From Oscillospiraceae bacterium (GTDB taxonomy: Bacteria > Bacillota > Clostridia > Oscillospirales > CAG-272): a stretch of DNA of 55,971 bases. The position numbers and the translations under genes are program-made. Positions 9,623 through 17,849 of this stretch are shown piece by piece. Below the pieces are notes generated by a model. The model ran no database searches. It was not told where the DNA came from and saw nothing but the letters and a program-made list of their open reading frames with translations. The stretch spans positions 1-55,971 of the forward strand of contig SVTI01000002.1 of the NCBI GenBank assembly GCA_015063855.1, written 5' to 3'. The first letter of the stretch is position 1. Each line of letters starts with the position of its first letter.

Positions 9623-10327
9623 TTATAAAGCCTGTATTAATTCCTTGACCGAAACATATCTTCTGTTCGGATCAATGTGTGTACATTTAGCAATTATTCT
9701 GCCAACCTTGCCCTTTGCCATTGTCTTGCTCGGATGCTCTCCTGTCAGCATTACATTGAGCAGTACACCAAGGGCATAGATATCGCTTCTTGCATCGGTT
9801 TGTGATATCCCCATCTGCTCGGGAGAGGCATAGCCTATGGTGCCGAGAACCCTTGTATCATTCGTTTTCAGGGGATCCTGCATTCGGGAGGCATTTAGGT
9901 CGATAAGCTTTACAGCGCCGGCGTTGCTGACGATTATATTCTCCGGCTTTATATCACGGTGGACTATACCGAATGAATGTAATGTTTCTGTTGCAAGACA
10001 TACCTCGGTTATGATAGTTTTTGCTCCGTGATAGGTGTATTTTCCGCTATCGAGAACCTCAGCGACGCTTATACCGTCTATATATTCCTCAAGGACTATC
10101 TGTCCGTCATCAAAATGCAGAGAGTCGTAAACCTCTGGCAGATTATTGTGCTTAAAGCTTTTCAAAATATTGTATGCAGGAACGGGAACTGTATTTTTTC
10201 GAAGAATGATGCAGTTTCCGAGCCTTCTGTGAAGAAGCTTATAGACCGTCGAGCCGTTTTTATCCGAAAGAAGGGCAGTAATCATGAACGTATCTGTAAG
10301 AGTGCGTATATAGCTGTCACAGTTCAT
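9623..10327 (-). CDS. minimal soluble Ser/Thr-kinase-like protein
   Basis: HRDIKPENIIV catalytic loop and GYASPEQ. DLN replaces DFG, and there is no TM segment or sensor domain. Start moved to ATG 10327 (MNCDSY), preceded by AAGGGGGAAT. Confidence 0.8.
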   Translation of the reverse strand: MNCDSYIRTLTDTFMITALLSDKNGSTVYKLLHRRLGNCIILRKNTVPVPAYNILKSFKHNNLPEVYDSLHFDDGQIVLEEYIDGISVAEVLDSGKYTYHGAKTIITEVCLATETLHSFGIVHRDIKPENIIVSNAGAVKLIDLNASRMQDPLKTNDTRVLGTIGYASPEQMGISQTDARSDIYALGVLLNVMLTGEHPSKTMAKGKVGRIIAKCTHIDPNRRYVSVKELIQAL

Positions 10328-10436
10328 TATATTCCCCCTTTGATCTGTTGATATATATATTATAAGGAATAATTCCGCGATAGTCAATAAAAGTGTTGAT
10401 TTTTATATGAATATATGATTTAATTTAGTTAGAGAA

Positions 10437-10470
10437 TGAAACTTTTTTCTTCATATTCTGCACTTTAAAG
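10437..10470 (+). promoter_or_regulatory. ECF-type promoter candidate (TGAAAC-N17-GCACTTTA) upstream of the sigma gene
   Basis: TGAAAC at 10437-10442 and GCACTTTA at 10460-10467. A homologous motif lies upstream of the paralogous sigma gene at 21624-21655. Confidence 0.5.
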
Positions 10471-10488
10471 AACAAGGTGGTGAAGCGT

Positions 10489-11025
10489 ATGACGGATAGG
10501 GAAAAAATATTCAATCAGATTTACGATAAGACCTACAGAGGAGCTCTTATATATGTTACTGCTAAATGCTCCCATGTTCAGGACATTGAGGACATAATGC
10601 AGGAGATATATACCGAGCTGTATTCTGTGATAACAAGGAAGGGCGGGGAATATATTGCTTTTCCCGAGGCGTTTGTCCTTAAAATAGCAAAGCGCAAGGT
10701 ATACCTGCATTACACCTTGAAGGAACGCATACGCGGGGTATCTCTTAACAGCGAGGATGTATACGAAAGAGAGATGATCGATTCTATTCCCGATGATTTT
10801 GATATAGAGGATGATATTTGTACCAAGGATATGCTTGACGAGATAGGGCGGTATATCCTCTCCCGTTCTGAGATAACCGCAAAAATATTTATGCTCTATT
10901 ATCTGCTTGATCTTAAGATATCGGAAATTGCCGAGCAATTATCGGTCAGCGAATCTTACGTTAAGAATAAGCTTTACCGTACCATAAAGGAGCTTAAAGC
11001 ACGTTACGGAGGTGACTATAAATGA
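10489..11025 (+). CDS. sigma-70-family (ECF-like) RNA polymerase sigma factor, copy 1
   Basis: About 178 aa. Region 2-like DIEDIMQEIYTELY and region 4 HTH ISEIAEQLSVSESYVKNKLYRTIKELK. Start taken at ATG 10489 (MTDREK), matching the paralog N-terminus. Confidence 0.8.
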   Translation: MTDREKIFNQIYDKTYRGALIYVTAKCSHVQDIEDIMQEIYTELYSVITRKGGEYIAFPEAFVLKIAKRKVYLHYTLKERIRGVSLNSEDVYEREMIDSIPDDFDIEDDICTKDMLDEIGRYILSRSEITAKIFMLYYLLDLKISEIAEQLSVSESYVKNKLYRTIKELKARYGGDYK

Positions 11026-12758
11026 AGGGAAAGGAGATCATAAAAAGAGCCTTGGAGGGCAGTATTCCCGACAAGGAATCGCTTCGTCAGGAGTGTCTGT
11101 CCCAAAGAAAGAGGGCTGTATCGGTTAAGAGAGTGATGATCGCCGCAGCCTGTATCCTTCTGCTCTGTACAACCTTTGTCTTGATACCCCTTTTGAAAAA
11201 AGATAATAATAAAAAAGGTTTTGACGGTAATGAAGATATCATTCTTCAAAGTGAAGAACTTGAGAGCATAAGTGAAGATATCACCCCCGACACGCAGGAC
11301 GAATACTATGACCCGGGTGCTATCGGCGGCGGTGAGTCCTCTATATGTCCCATTCACAGCATTGAATATCACGCTATCCCGGGACTCCTTATAGATTATG
11401 TGGATGAACAGGCTTACGAGGAATGGAAGTCACAGCTCCGTGATGAGGAGGGCTGGTATATAAGGGATGAAAACGGATGCTACCCCGGCTTTAATATAGT
11501 TGAGTTCATCAACTCCTTCAACATTCCCGATGAGCTGATAATCGAGTGCTATCCCGGATATTACAACAGCAGCTCCGCCTATTGGAACCTTGATCTGCTC
11601 CTTTCAAGAGATGCAGAGGCATACGAGATATTTGCAAGAAAAACGTCGCTTACAAAGGAGGAAAAAAGGTTATATGAAGACAGAGAAAGGGATGGATCCT
11701 TCAAGCGCAGAGTTCTGGATCTGCTGAAGGAGAAAACCGACGAAGGATCTGTTGCCTATTATAATAAAATAACCTGTAACGGTACGAGGTATCTCCTTGA
11801 AGAGTTTTCTATCCTTGATATGGTGGAGAATTCCTCGCTTACCAAGGAGGATATCGAGTCGGCCTGCGGTGTTGACCGACGTACAGGTGTTCAGTCTGTC
11901 AACTTTGTATATAGATATACCTATAATATAGATCTTCTTTTTGAGGAGAAGGCGGCGCTATATGCTGAAATCGAAAAGCTTGAAGATATTCCGTACGTAC
12001 CGCGTGCAGCACAGATAGATGAGCTTTTGCATATAGGATATAACGGAGAGCTTGCCGTAAAGGGAGAAGCAATTGAAACCGAATACGGAATTTATATTCC
12101 GGAGGGCTTACTGCCGCAGAGCGATGAGGATCTTCCGCTTGAAAAGGATATGATACTATACAAAGGCAGAATATATTGGTATACTGCGACCGTAACCGAG
12201 AGTGAAGAGCATATTATCGATCATGTGAAAAGCACAATCCCGGTCGGTCATACTCACGGCGATATTGAAAAGGGTAAAACGAATTGGGATACGTACAGAT
12301 ATTATCATTTTGCTTCGTCTTCGGTTGGCGACGTTTATCTTCTTGATGACTATGACTCAAGCTTCAGAATAATGTTCAATAATTATTTCGGAGATCCCAA
12401 TACAATGAAGATCTACGAGGCTAACAAAGGACTTGTTCTGGATAAAGGAAGCGACCTGTACGGTGAAAAGGGTTTGAATCTTCAAAAGAATTCCGTTTCA
12501 CTTTCAGTGGGAGAGAAGCTTGCAGATGATTCCATGAAAGAAAGGTTAATTTTAGAGCTTCAGGAGGGTGATTTTGTTCTTGATAACAGTGATGTGTCTG
12601 TTTATCGAAGTATTTCATTAAAGATAAATCTGGACGATCTCTCAAACGTAACTCTTACACTTTACGAAAACGGGTACGTTGAATATTCCGAGATATCGGG
12701 GTATGGGGTATATCTCGAAATTGATAATACTGAGTTTGTGCAAGATTTTTTTGAATGA
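11022..12758 (+). CDS. anti-sigma-like single-pass membrane protein carrying the shared uncharacterised ectodomain plus an extra C-terminal region of about 230 aa
   Basis: ATGA overlap with the sigma gene. Cytoplasmic tail of about 35 aa and a TM helix (VMIAAACILLLCTTFVLIPLL). The ectodomain has the IGGGESSICPIHSIEYHAIP, GCYP and FNIPDELIIECY motifs shared with the proteins at 19995, 21770 and 24407. Confidence 0.7.
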   Translation: MKGKEIIKRALEGSIPDKESLRQECLSQRKRAVSVKRVMIAAACILLLCTTFVLIPLLKKDNNKKGFDGNEDIILQSEELESISEDITPDTQDEYYDPGAIGGGESSICPIHSIEYHAIPGLLIDYVDEQAYEEWKSQLRDEEGWYIRDENGCYPGFNIVEFINSFNIPDELIIECYPGYYNSSSAYWNLDLLLSRDAEAYEIFARKTSLTKEEKRLYEDRERDGSFKRRVLDLLKEKTDEGSVAYYNKITCNGTRYLLEEFSILDMVENSSLTKEDIESACGVDRRTGVQSVNFVYRYTYNIDLLFEEKAALYAEIEKLEDIPYVPRAAQIDELLHIGYNGELAVKGEAIETEYGIYIPEGLLPQSDEDLPLEKDMILYKGRIYWYTATVTESEEHIIDHVKSTIPVGHTHGDIEKGKTNWDTYRYYHFASSSVGDVYLLDDYDSSFRIMFNNYFGDPNTMKIYEANKGLVLDKGSDLYGEKGLNLQKNSVSLSVGEKLADDSMKERLILELQEGDFVLDNSDVSVYRSISLKINLDDLSNVTLTLYENGYVEYSEISGYGVYLEIDNTEFVQDFFE

Positions 12759-12761
12759 AAC

Positions 12762-12791
12762 AAAGCCGTTACGCGATTACGTAACGGCTTT
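12762..12791 (+). terminator. rho-independent terminator
   Basis: Perfect 12-bp stem AAAGCCGTTACG / CGTAACGGCTTT with a 6-nt loop, followed by GTGTATATT. Confidence 0.6.
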
Positions 12792-12824
12792 GTGTATATT
12801 AAATCTCCCGAAGGGGATAACGAA

Positions 12825-12853
12825 AAATCAGTGAGTGTAATGCTCACTGATTT
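12825..12853 (-). terminator. hairpin overlapping the stop codon of the 12844..13791 gene
   Basis: AAATCAGTGAG / CTCACTGATTT 11-bp stem with a 7-nt loop. Confidence 0.5.
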
Positions 12854-13791
12854 TCATATAATCTGTTTACCATATACGTAATCGCAACACCTGTATCAAC
12901 ACCGAAGGCAGGGTCGATATCCTCAAGCATAAACTGCTTTAATGGGTGGAACATACGTGCGCTCTCCTCAACAACAACCTCGTCCTGACCTTCAAGCTTC
13001 ATCGTCAACTTGTCGCAGGTAAAGAGACAACGACCCTTTTCACCGCATATCTCTATCGTAAGAGGCCCTGAGGTGACAGAGGAGCATTCGTTAGTTGCTA
13101 TCAGTCCGTCATCGTATGCCATGACAGCAAGGGAGTTGTCCTCAACCATATCCTTGTTCTTTTCAAGAGAGGCCTTGTTTGTTGTAGAAACAGAGAGCAT
13201 TGACTTGTATCTGTTAGGTAGACCAAAGAGGTGATATATAACCGACAATCCGTGCACACCGTGGTCTATGACCGAGCCGCCGCCGGTAGTCTCTCTGTCG
13301 TAGAAGTGAGGGGGCAGCTCATCCTCGCTTGCCGCTGTGTGGGAATAACGGAATCTCACAGAGTTTACCTTGCCAAGCATACCCCGGTCAAGTATCTCAG
13401 CCTTTATTGTCTGGGTGAAGCCGTAGGCAATATTAGGAAAGCATATAGCAAAGAGAAGTCCGCTTTTCTTTACCGCCTCTGCAATCTCTTCGGCATCCTC
13501 GTCTGTTATGGCAAGTACCTTTTCGGTAAAGATATGCTTGCCTGCTTCGATCAGCTTAAGTATTACCTCCTTGTGTCTTGAGGTCTCGGTGCAGACGATA
13601 ACTCCCTCTACATCGGAGGAGAGCATCTCCTCAAGAGACGAATAAGCATATAAATTATGCTTATTACAGAAATCAGTCTGCCACTGACGGTTATCCTCCC
13701 AAACACCCGCTACCTCACCGTAGCGGCTTGCCATATCAACAAAATGTCCTGCGTGTACATGCCACACACCCCATAAAGCTATTTTTTTCAT
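12844..13791 (-). CDS. Gfo/Idh/MocA-family NAD(P)-dependent oxidoreductase
   Basis: N-terminal Rossmann-like region (MKKIALWGVWHVHAGHF) and an EKV motif (HIFTEKVLA). 4-nt overlap with the upstream gene. Confidence 0.8.
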   Translation of the reverse strand: MKKIALWGVWHVHAGHFVDMASRYGEVAGVWEDNRQWQTDFCNKHNLYAYSSLEEMLSSDVEGVIVCTETSRHKEVILKLIEAGKHIFTEKVLAITDEDAEEIAEAVKKSGLLFAICFPNIAYGFTQTIKAEILDRGMLGKVNSVRFRYSHTAASEDELPPHFYDRETTGGGSVIDHGVHGLSVIYHLFGLPNRYKSMLSVSTTNKASLEKNKDMVEDNSLAVMAYDDGLIATNECSSVTSGPLTIEICGEKGRCLFTCDKLTMKLEGQDEVVVEESARMFHPLKQFMLEDIDPAFGVDTGVAITYMVNRLYENQ

Positions 13792-14465
13792 GATAAAACC
13801 TCCACTGTATTTTTGATAGCAAGTGCCTTTTCAGGGTCTAATTTAATAAGGAGTTTGTCTCTGTCACATAATGCGGTATCACCGTCTACGGGATACATAT
13901 CATAGCTTTCATTACTTGCAGAGTCAATGCTGTCGCCAAAGATCGTTTTATAGGTGCAGAGGGCATTTGCATAGCTGCCGTAAGGCCCCGCGTGAGCACC
14001 GTCAAACCAATGTAACCTTATATCGGGATTTGACTTTAATATATTTTCGAACACGTGGCCTACCGGATTCATCGTAACGTCGTACAGTTCGCAGAGGGTA
14101 TAGTATATATCCTTCATTTTTTCAAATTCCTCGGGAATATCAAGCCTTGGCCAAGGGAGTGTCTGAATTACCTTTACCCCCTGTGCCCTTGCCATCTCGA
14201 TTATCTTTCCTGCGTCACGTATGGTCTCCTCCTTTGAGGGACAGGGCTCGTGAGCCGCCTGCTGCATGATTATATAATCATATCCACCCTGCACAAGGGC
14301 GAATCGAAGATCGGTATACTGAGCAAGATGCCACTCATAGGTAACACCGGGAGACGCTATCATTCCAACCTCCACATCCTTGCCGCACTCCTTACAGATC
14401 TTTTTGAAGAGAGCGGGCAGATCGTTATAATAGGTATGGCTGTTGCCTAAAAATAAAATTTTCAT
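13788..14465 (-). CDS. SGNH/GDSL-like hydrolase
   Basis: MKILFLGNSHTYYNDLP block I (GNSxT) and WFDGAHAGPYG near the C-terminus. Confidence 0.7.
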   Translation of the reverse strand: MKILFLGNSHTYYNDLPALFKKICKECGKDVEVGMIASPGVTYEWHLAQYTDLRFALVQGGYDYIIMQQAAHEPCPSKEETIRDAGKIIEMARAQGVKVIQTLPWPRLDIPEEFEKMKDIYYTLCELYDVTMNPVGHVFENILKSNPDIRLHWFDGAHAGPYGSYANALCTYKTIFGDSIDSASNESYDMYPVDGDTALCDRDKLLIKLDPEKALAIKNTVEVLS

Positions 14466-14495
14466 TAGAGTATCCTCGAAAGTATAGTTTTATCA

Positions 14496-14524
14496 ATTAT
14501 AACACAACAAGCACTTTTTTTCAA
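14496..14524 (-). promoter_or_regulatory. sigma-70-type promoter candidate for the SGNH/oxidoreductase pair
   Basis: On the minus strand: TTGAAA, a 17-nt spacer, then TGtTATAAT. Confidence 0.5.
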
Positions 14525-14536
14525 TAGAATATAAAA

Positions 14537-14560
14537 ACGGACGAGAAAAATCTCGTCCGT
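14537..14560 (-). terminator. rho-independent terminator of the PHP-domain gene
   Basis: ACGGACGAG / CTCGTCCGT stem followed on the minus strand by TTTTTATATT. Confidence 0.7.
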
Positions 14561-14578
14561 TTTGCGATTTTAGTTATC

Positions 14579-15688
14579 TTACTTGCGGAACATTTCGGAA
14601 TACTTAGCCTGTGCAGCCTCGATATTCTCTGTTGCTTCGTTTTCGTAATCAATAAGGGTGAATGCAGCCTTAATAAGGTGATCGAACTTGGGGTTCTCAT
14701 AAGCCTTACAGATGAAGGACTGTCTGGGAGTGTTGATGTCCTCACCGCTTATCTGGAAGAAGCCGTGCTCATCGCAGAGAGCCATGATCTTGTCAAGCTG
14801 CTCCATAGTGTTTCTGGTGGGCATGAAGGTAACTGCATCGAAGCCAAGCTCCTTGATGGTCTCGAAGAGAAGATCAATATAATCGTCCTCAAACTTCTGA
14901 GCCTTCTTATCGCCTGTTACAGAGTCTCCAACGTCACCGAGGTATGCGTAAGCCGCAACACCGCCGTTCTCGTGAACCATCTTGATGAACTCAGTTACAT
15001 CGGGAAGCTCATCTGTTGCATCAACGTAGAACTTCTCAACCATGTTACCCTTGAGAGCGCCGAGAATATCATATTCATAGAAATCGGGAGTTTCTCTGCC
15101 GTTTAAGATCTGTTCTCTTACCTTTGCGGAGAGAGCGATACCCATCTTGTTTTCGATGAAGTCAACTGCTTCCTCGGGAGTGGGATATGCAGAGGTAATC
15201 TTCTTAGCAAGAGCGAAGAGAATGTGACGCTCGGTTACTGTAGAAGTAGCAAGGGGTTTAACATCTGTCTCAAAGTCGAGAGTGATGCCGTAAGCCTTGG
15301 TGATCTCGGTGATGTTCTGGCACATCTTTGCATTACGGATATTTCTCTTCTCACGGTAGGGAGCAAAGAATGCATCTACCTTGTCAATGTTCTGATGAGG
15401 AATACCGTGCATAGCAACGTAAGCAACGGAGATCTGGTCAGGGTTGTTGATACGCTTGCCGCAAAGCTTGGTGTTAGCCATGTTTACACGGCACTCAACA
15501 CCAACTGTAACAGGCATGCCTATCTTCTTACCTGCCTCGATGAACTCCTTTGCGCCGCCTACAGAATCATGGTCCATGATACCTGCGGTCTTAAGTCCTG
15601 CCTTTGCCGCAGCCTCAACAGCGGTTGTAGGGGTGTAGGGAGAGAAGGAATATATAGTATGAATGTGATTGTTTACATAAGTAGCCAT
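14579..15688 (-). CDS. PHP (polymerase/histidinol phosphatase) domain metal-dependent phosphoesterase
   Basis: N-terminal HIHTIYSFSPY motif, then GIMDHDSV and AYAYLGDV. Confidence 0.7.
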   Translation of the reverse strand: MATYVNNHIHTIYSFSPYTPTTAVEAAAKAGLKTAGIMDHDSVGGAKEFIEAGKKIGMPVTVGVECRVNMANTKLCGKRINNPDQISVAYVAMHGIPHQNIDKVDAFFAPYREKRNIRNAKMCQNITEITKAYGITLDFETDVKPLATSTVTERHILFALAKKITSAYPTPEEAVDFIENKMGIALSAKVREQILNGRETPDFYEYDILGALKGNMVEKFYVDATDELPDVTEFIKMVHENGGVAAYAYLGDVGDSVTGDKKAQKFEDDYIDLLFETIKELGFDAVTFMPTRNTMEQLDKIMALCDEHGFFQISGEDINTPRQSFICKAYENPKFDHLIKAAFTLIDYENEATENIEAAQAKYSEMFRK

Positions 15689-15717
15689 TTTTTGACCTCA
15701 CAAAATTCAAGGAGGAT

Positions 15718-15739
15718 AAAAGCTGACAAGTCAGCTTTT
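15718..15739 (-). terminator. intercistronic hairpin or weak terminator
   Basis: AAAAGCTGAC / GTCAGCTTTT stem followed by TTTTAT on the minus strand. Confidence 0.45.
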
Positions 15740-15781
15740 ATCAACCTCATTTATTATTTATTCTTTATTATTTATTCTTTA

Positions 15782-17695
15782 TCAGTGGAGCATTACCTGT
15801 CCGCCTGTTACGGGGATAGCCTGTCCTGTTTCGTACTTCTGCTCTACGCAGTACATGATAGCTCTTGCTACGTCAACGGGGAGACAACCTCTGTTGAGGG
15901 GTACCTTAGACATATAGAACTTACGAACATCTTCAACAGTCTTAGCGCCGGGAACCTTACCTGCGTTGAGGTACTGAACGAAGAGACCCTTCTCGGGATC
16001 GGACCAGAGGGGACCGTCAAGGTAGTTACCGGGGCATACTGCGTTAACCTTGATGTTGTAGGGAGCAAGCTCCATAGCGAAGGAAGCGGTAAGACCGATA
16101 CCACCGAACTTAGAACCGGAGTATGCGAAGTTCTTGTTAGAGCCTTCAAGACCGGACTTGGAGTTGTTTTCAACGATATCCATCATGTAATCGGGCGCAA
16201 CGGAGTGCTGGATCTTCATAACTCTGGAAGCATACTTAGCGCAGAGGAAGTAACCTGTGTAGTTAACTGCAGTTACGAACTCGAGAGTACCCTTCTGCAT
16301 TTCCTCAAGGCTGCCTGCCTTTGCAATGCCTGCATTGTTTACGAATACGTCGAGACCGCCGTAGTTTACAACAACAGCATCAACCATTGCCTTAACGCTG
16401 TCCTCGTCGGTTACGTTAACTGCAACTGCCATAGCGTTGGGGAGCTTGTCAGCAGCAGCCTTAGCACCGTCATAGTTCATATCAGCGATAGCAACGTAAG
16501 CGCCGTTAGCAGCAAGCTCTTCTGCGATACCGAGACCGAAGCCCTGAGCACCGCCTGTTACGATGATAACCTTCTTGTCAAGACGCTTTGCACCGCCTGC
16601 AGCAAGGCTAACCTTTGCTCTGTAGCTTTCAACTTCCCAGTTGATGATGAATGTTTCAAGCCATTCGGGCATGGTGGAGATACCACCGAAGGACTGAGCG
16701 AATACACTGATCTTGATTGCATCCTGGAATACGATTTCTGCTGTCTTTGCATTCTTGTAAGTATCAGCCATAGCGAACATACCGAGACCAACGTAGTAAG
16801 CAACCTTGGGCTTGTAGCCGTTAGCTGCTACATAAGCGTCATACTTTTCCTTGATATCGTCACCGTCGGCAAGCACCAGGGGAGAAGCCTTGCAGTATAC
16901 GATATGGTCGGGTGTGAAGCTCTTGGTTGCGGGATCGTAATCAAGAACTGCCTTGGATGTGGAGAAGATAACACTTGCTGCCTCGCCGTCACCTGTGAGC
17001 ATACGAAGTACGGGAGCAACTGCGGTAACCTTATCTACATCATATTCAACGGGTGTGAAGTCGGGCTCTGCCTTGATCTCAGCCTTGATCTTACCCATAA
17101 CGTCTGCAACGATAACATCGAGCTCCTCGGTGGTGTCTGCTGCGAAGAATACGCCGTGGTTTTCAAGGAAGATGAGGTTGGGGCAAGCACCCTTTTCAGC
17201 CTTTGCTGCTTCAAGAGTCTTTAAGCAGAGCATAGCGAGGGTGTAGCCGGGCTTGGAGTTTGCAACCCAGATAGCATCGGGGAAGAGACGCTTGATGGTA
17301 GCCTCACCCGACTTAGAACAGGTGATACCGTTAACGGTTGCGGGATGGAGGTGGAGAACATACTTGTACTCCATAAGGTCATGAAGAACAGTCTCAACGC
17401 TGGGACGACGGGTTTCGCCCTTAACGCGTGCGTTCATCATGTCTTCAAGAACCTCAGCCTCACACTCAGCCTCCACATCGGAGTACTTCTTGGTTCTGAT
17501 CTCATTCAAGAGTGCGCGTTCCATTCTTACGAACTCATCAGGCTTGATGGTTGCAAGAGCTGTACCGGAACCCTTGATAAAGAGTAATTCGTCATTTTTA
17601 AAGGATGTATTGCCGCCGCCTGCAAGAACGAACTCGGGATTGGAGCCGTACTTGTTGGACATATCGGCTAATGCCTGTAACTGCTTGTCTAACAT
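15782..17695 (-). CDS. bifunctional class II aldolase/adducin-domain and short-chain dehydrogenase fusion (RhaEW/YuxG-like)
   Basis: 637 aa. The C-terminal half has SDR motifs (TGGAQGFG, NNAG, YSGSK). The N-terminal half is aldolase-like (GGGNTSFK, HLHP). Confidence 0.8.
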   Translation of the reverse strand: MLDKQLQALADMSNKYGSNPEFVLAGGGNTSFKNDELLFIKGSGTALATIKPDEFVRMERALLNEIRTKKYSDVEAECEAEVLEDMMNARVKGETRRPSVETVLHDLMEYKYVLHLHPATVNGITCSKSGEATIKRLFPDAIWVANSKPGYTLAMLCLKTLEAAKAEKGACPNLIFLENHGVFFAADTTEELDVIVADVMGKIKAEIKAEPDFTPVEYDVDKVTAVAPVLRMLTGDGEAASVIFSTSKAVLDYDPATKSFTPDHIVYCKASPLVLADGDDIKEKYDAYVAANGYKPKVAYYVGLGMFAMADTYKNAKTAEIVFQDAIKISVFAQSFGGISTMPEWLETFIINWEVESYRAKVSLAAGGAKRLDKKVIIVTGGAQGFGLGIAEELAANGAYVAIADMNYDGAKAAADKLPNAMAVAVNVTDEDSVKAMVDAVVVNYGGLDVFVNNAGIAKAGSLEEMQKGTLEFVTAVNYTGYFLCAKYASRVMKIQHSVAPDYMMDIVENNSKSGLEGSNKNFAYSGSKFGGIGLTASFAMELAPYNIKVNAVCPGNYLDGPLWSDPEKGLFVQYLNAGKVPGAKTVEDVRKFYMSKVPLNRGCLPVDVARAIMYCVEQKYETGQAIPVTGGQVMLH

Positions 17696-17849
17696 TGTAG
17701 TAATTTCCTTTCGGTTAAAGTAATTAGAAATTATGAGTCAGGATGAGGACTTATTATCCTCATCCTTGTTATTTTCATTTTATTTCGGGCATAAAACTGA
17801 AAGTATCAGTTTACTTTATACCCGAAGCGTCGCCGTGGGGCGGCCCCGC

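Noticed and set aside
4377-10327. Phage-defence or toxin-antitoxin island (XRE regulators, zinc ribbon, kinase)
   Set aside because: No nuclease, ATPase, methyltransferase, toxin fold, integrase or flanking repeats were recognisable. The proteins look like envelope proteins. This is retained only as a low-interest accessory block.
15741-15780. Short AT-rich direct repeat (TATTTATTCTTTA x2) after the aldolase-SDR stop
   Set aside because: It is low-complexity AT-rich sequence only 13 nt long, which is expected by chance in AT-rich spacers.
15224-17224. A 666-aa open reading frame on the plus strand spanning two minus-strand genes and their spacer
   Set aside because: Its translation is Cys/Val/Leu-rich, low in complexity and has no motifs. 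It lies antisense to two genes with clear family signatures (PHP, aldolase-SDR). It has no RBS and crosses an intergenic terminator. It is a shadow frame produced by strong codon bias.
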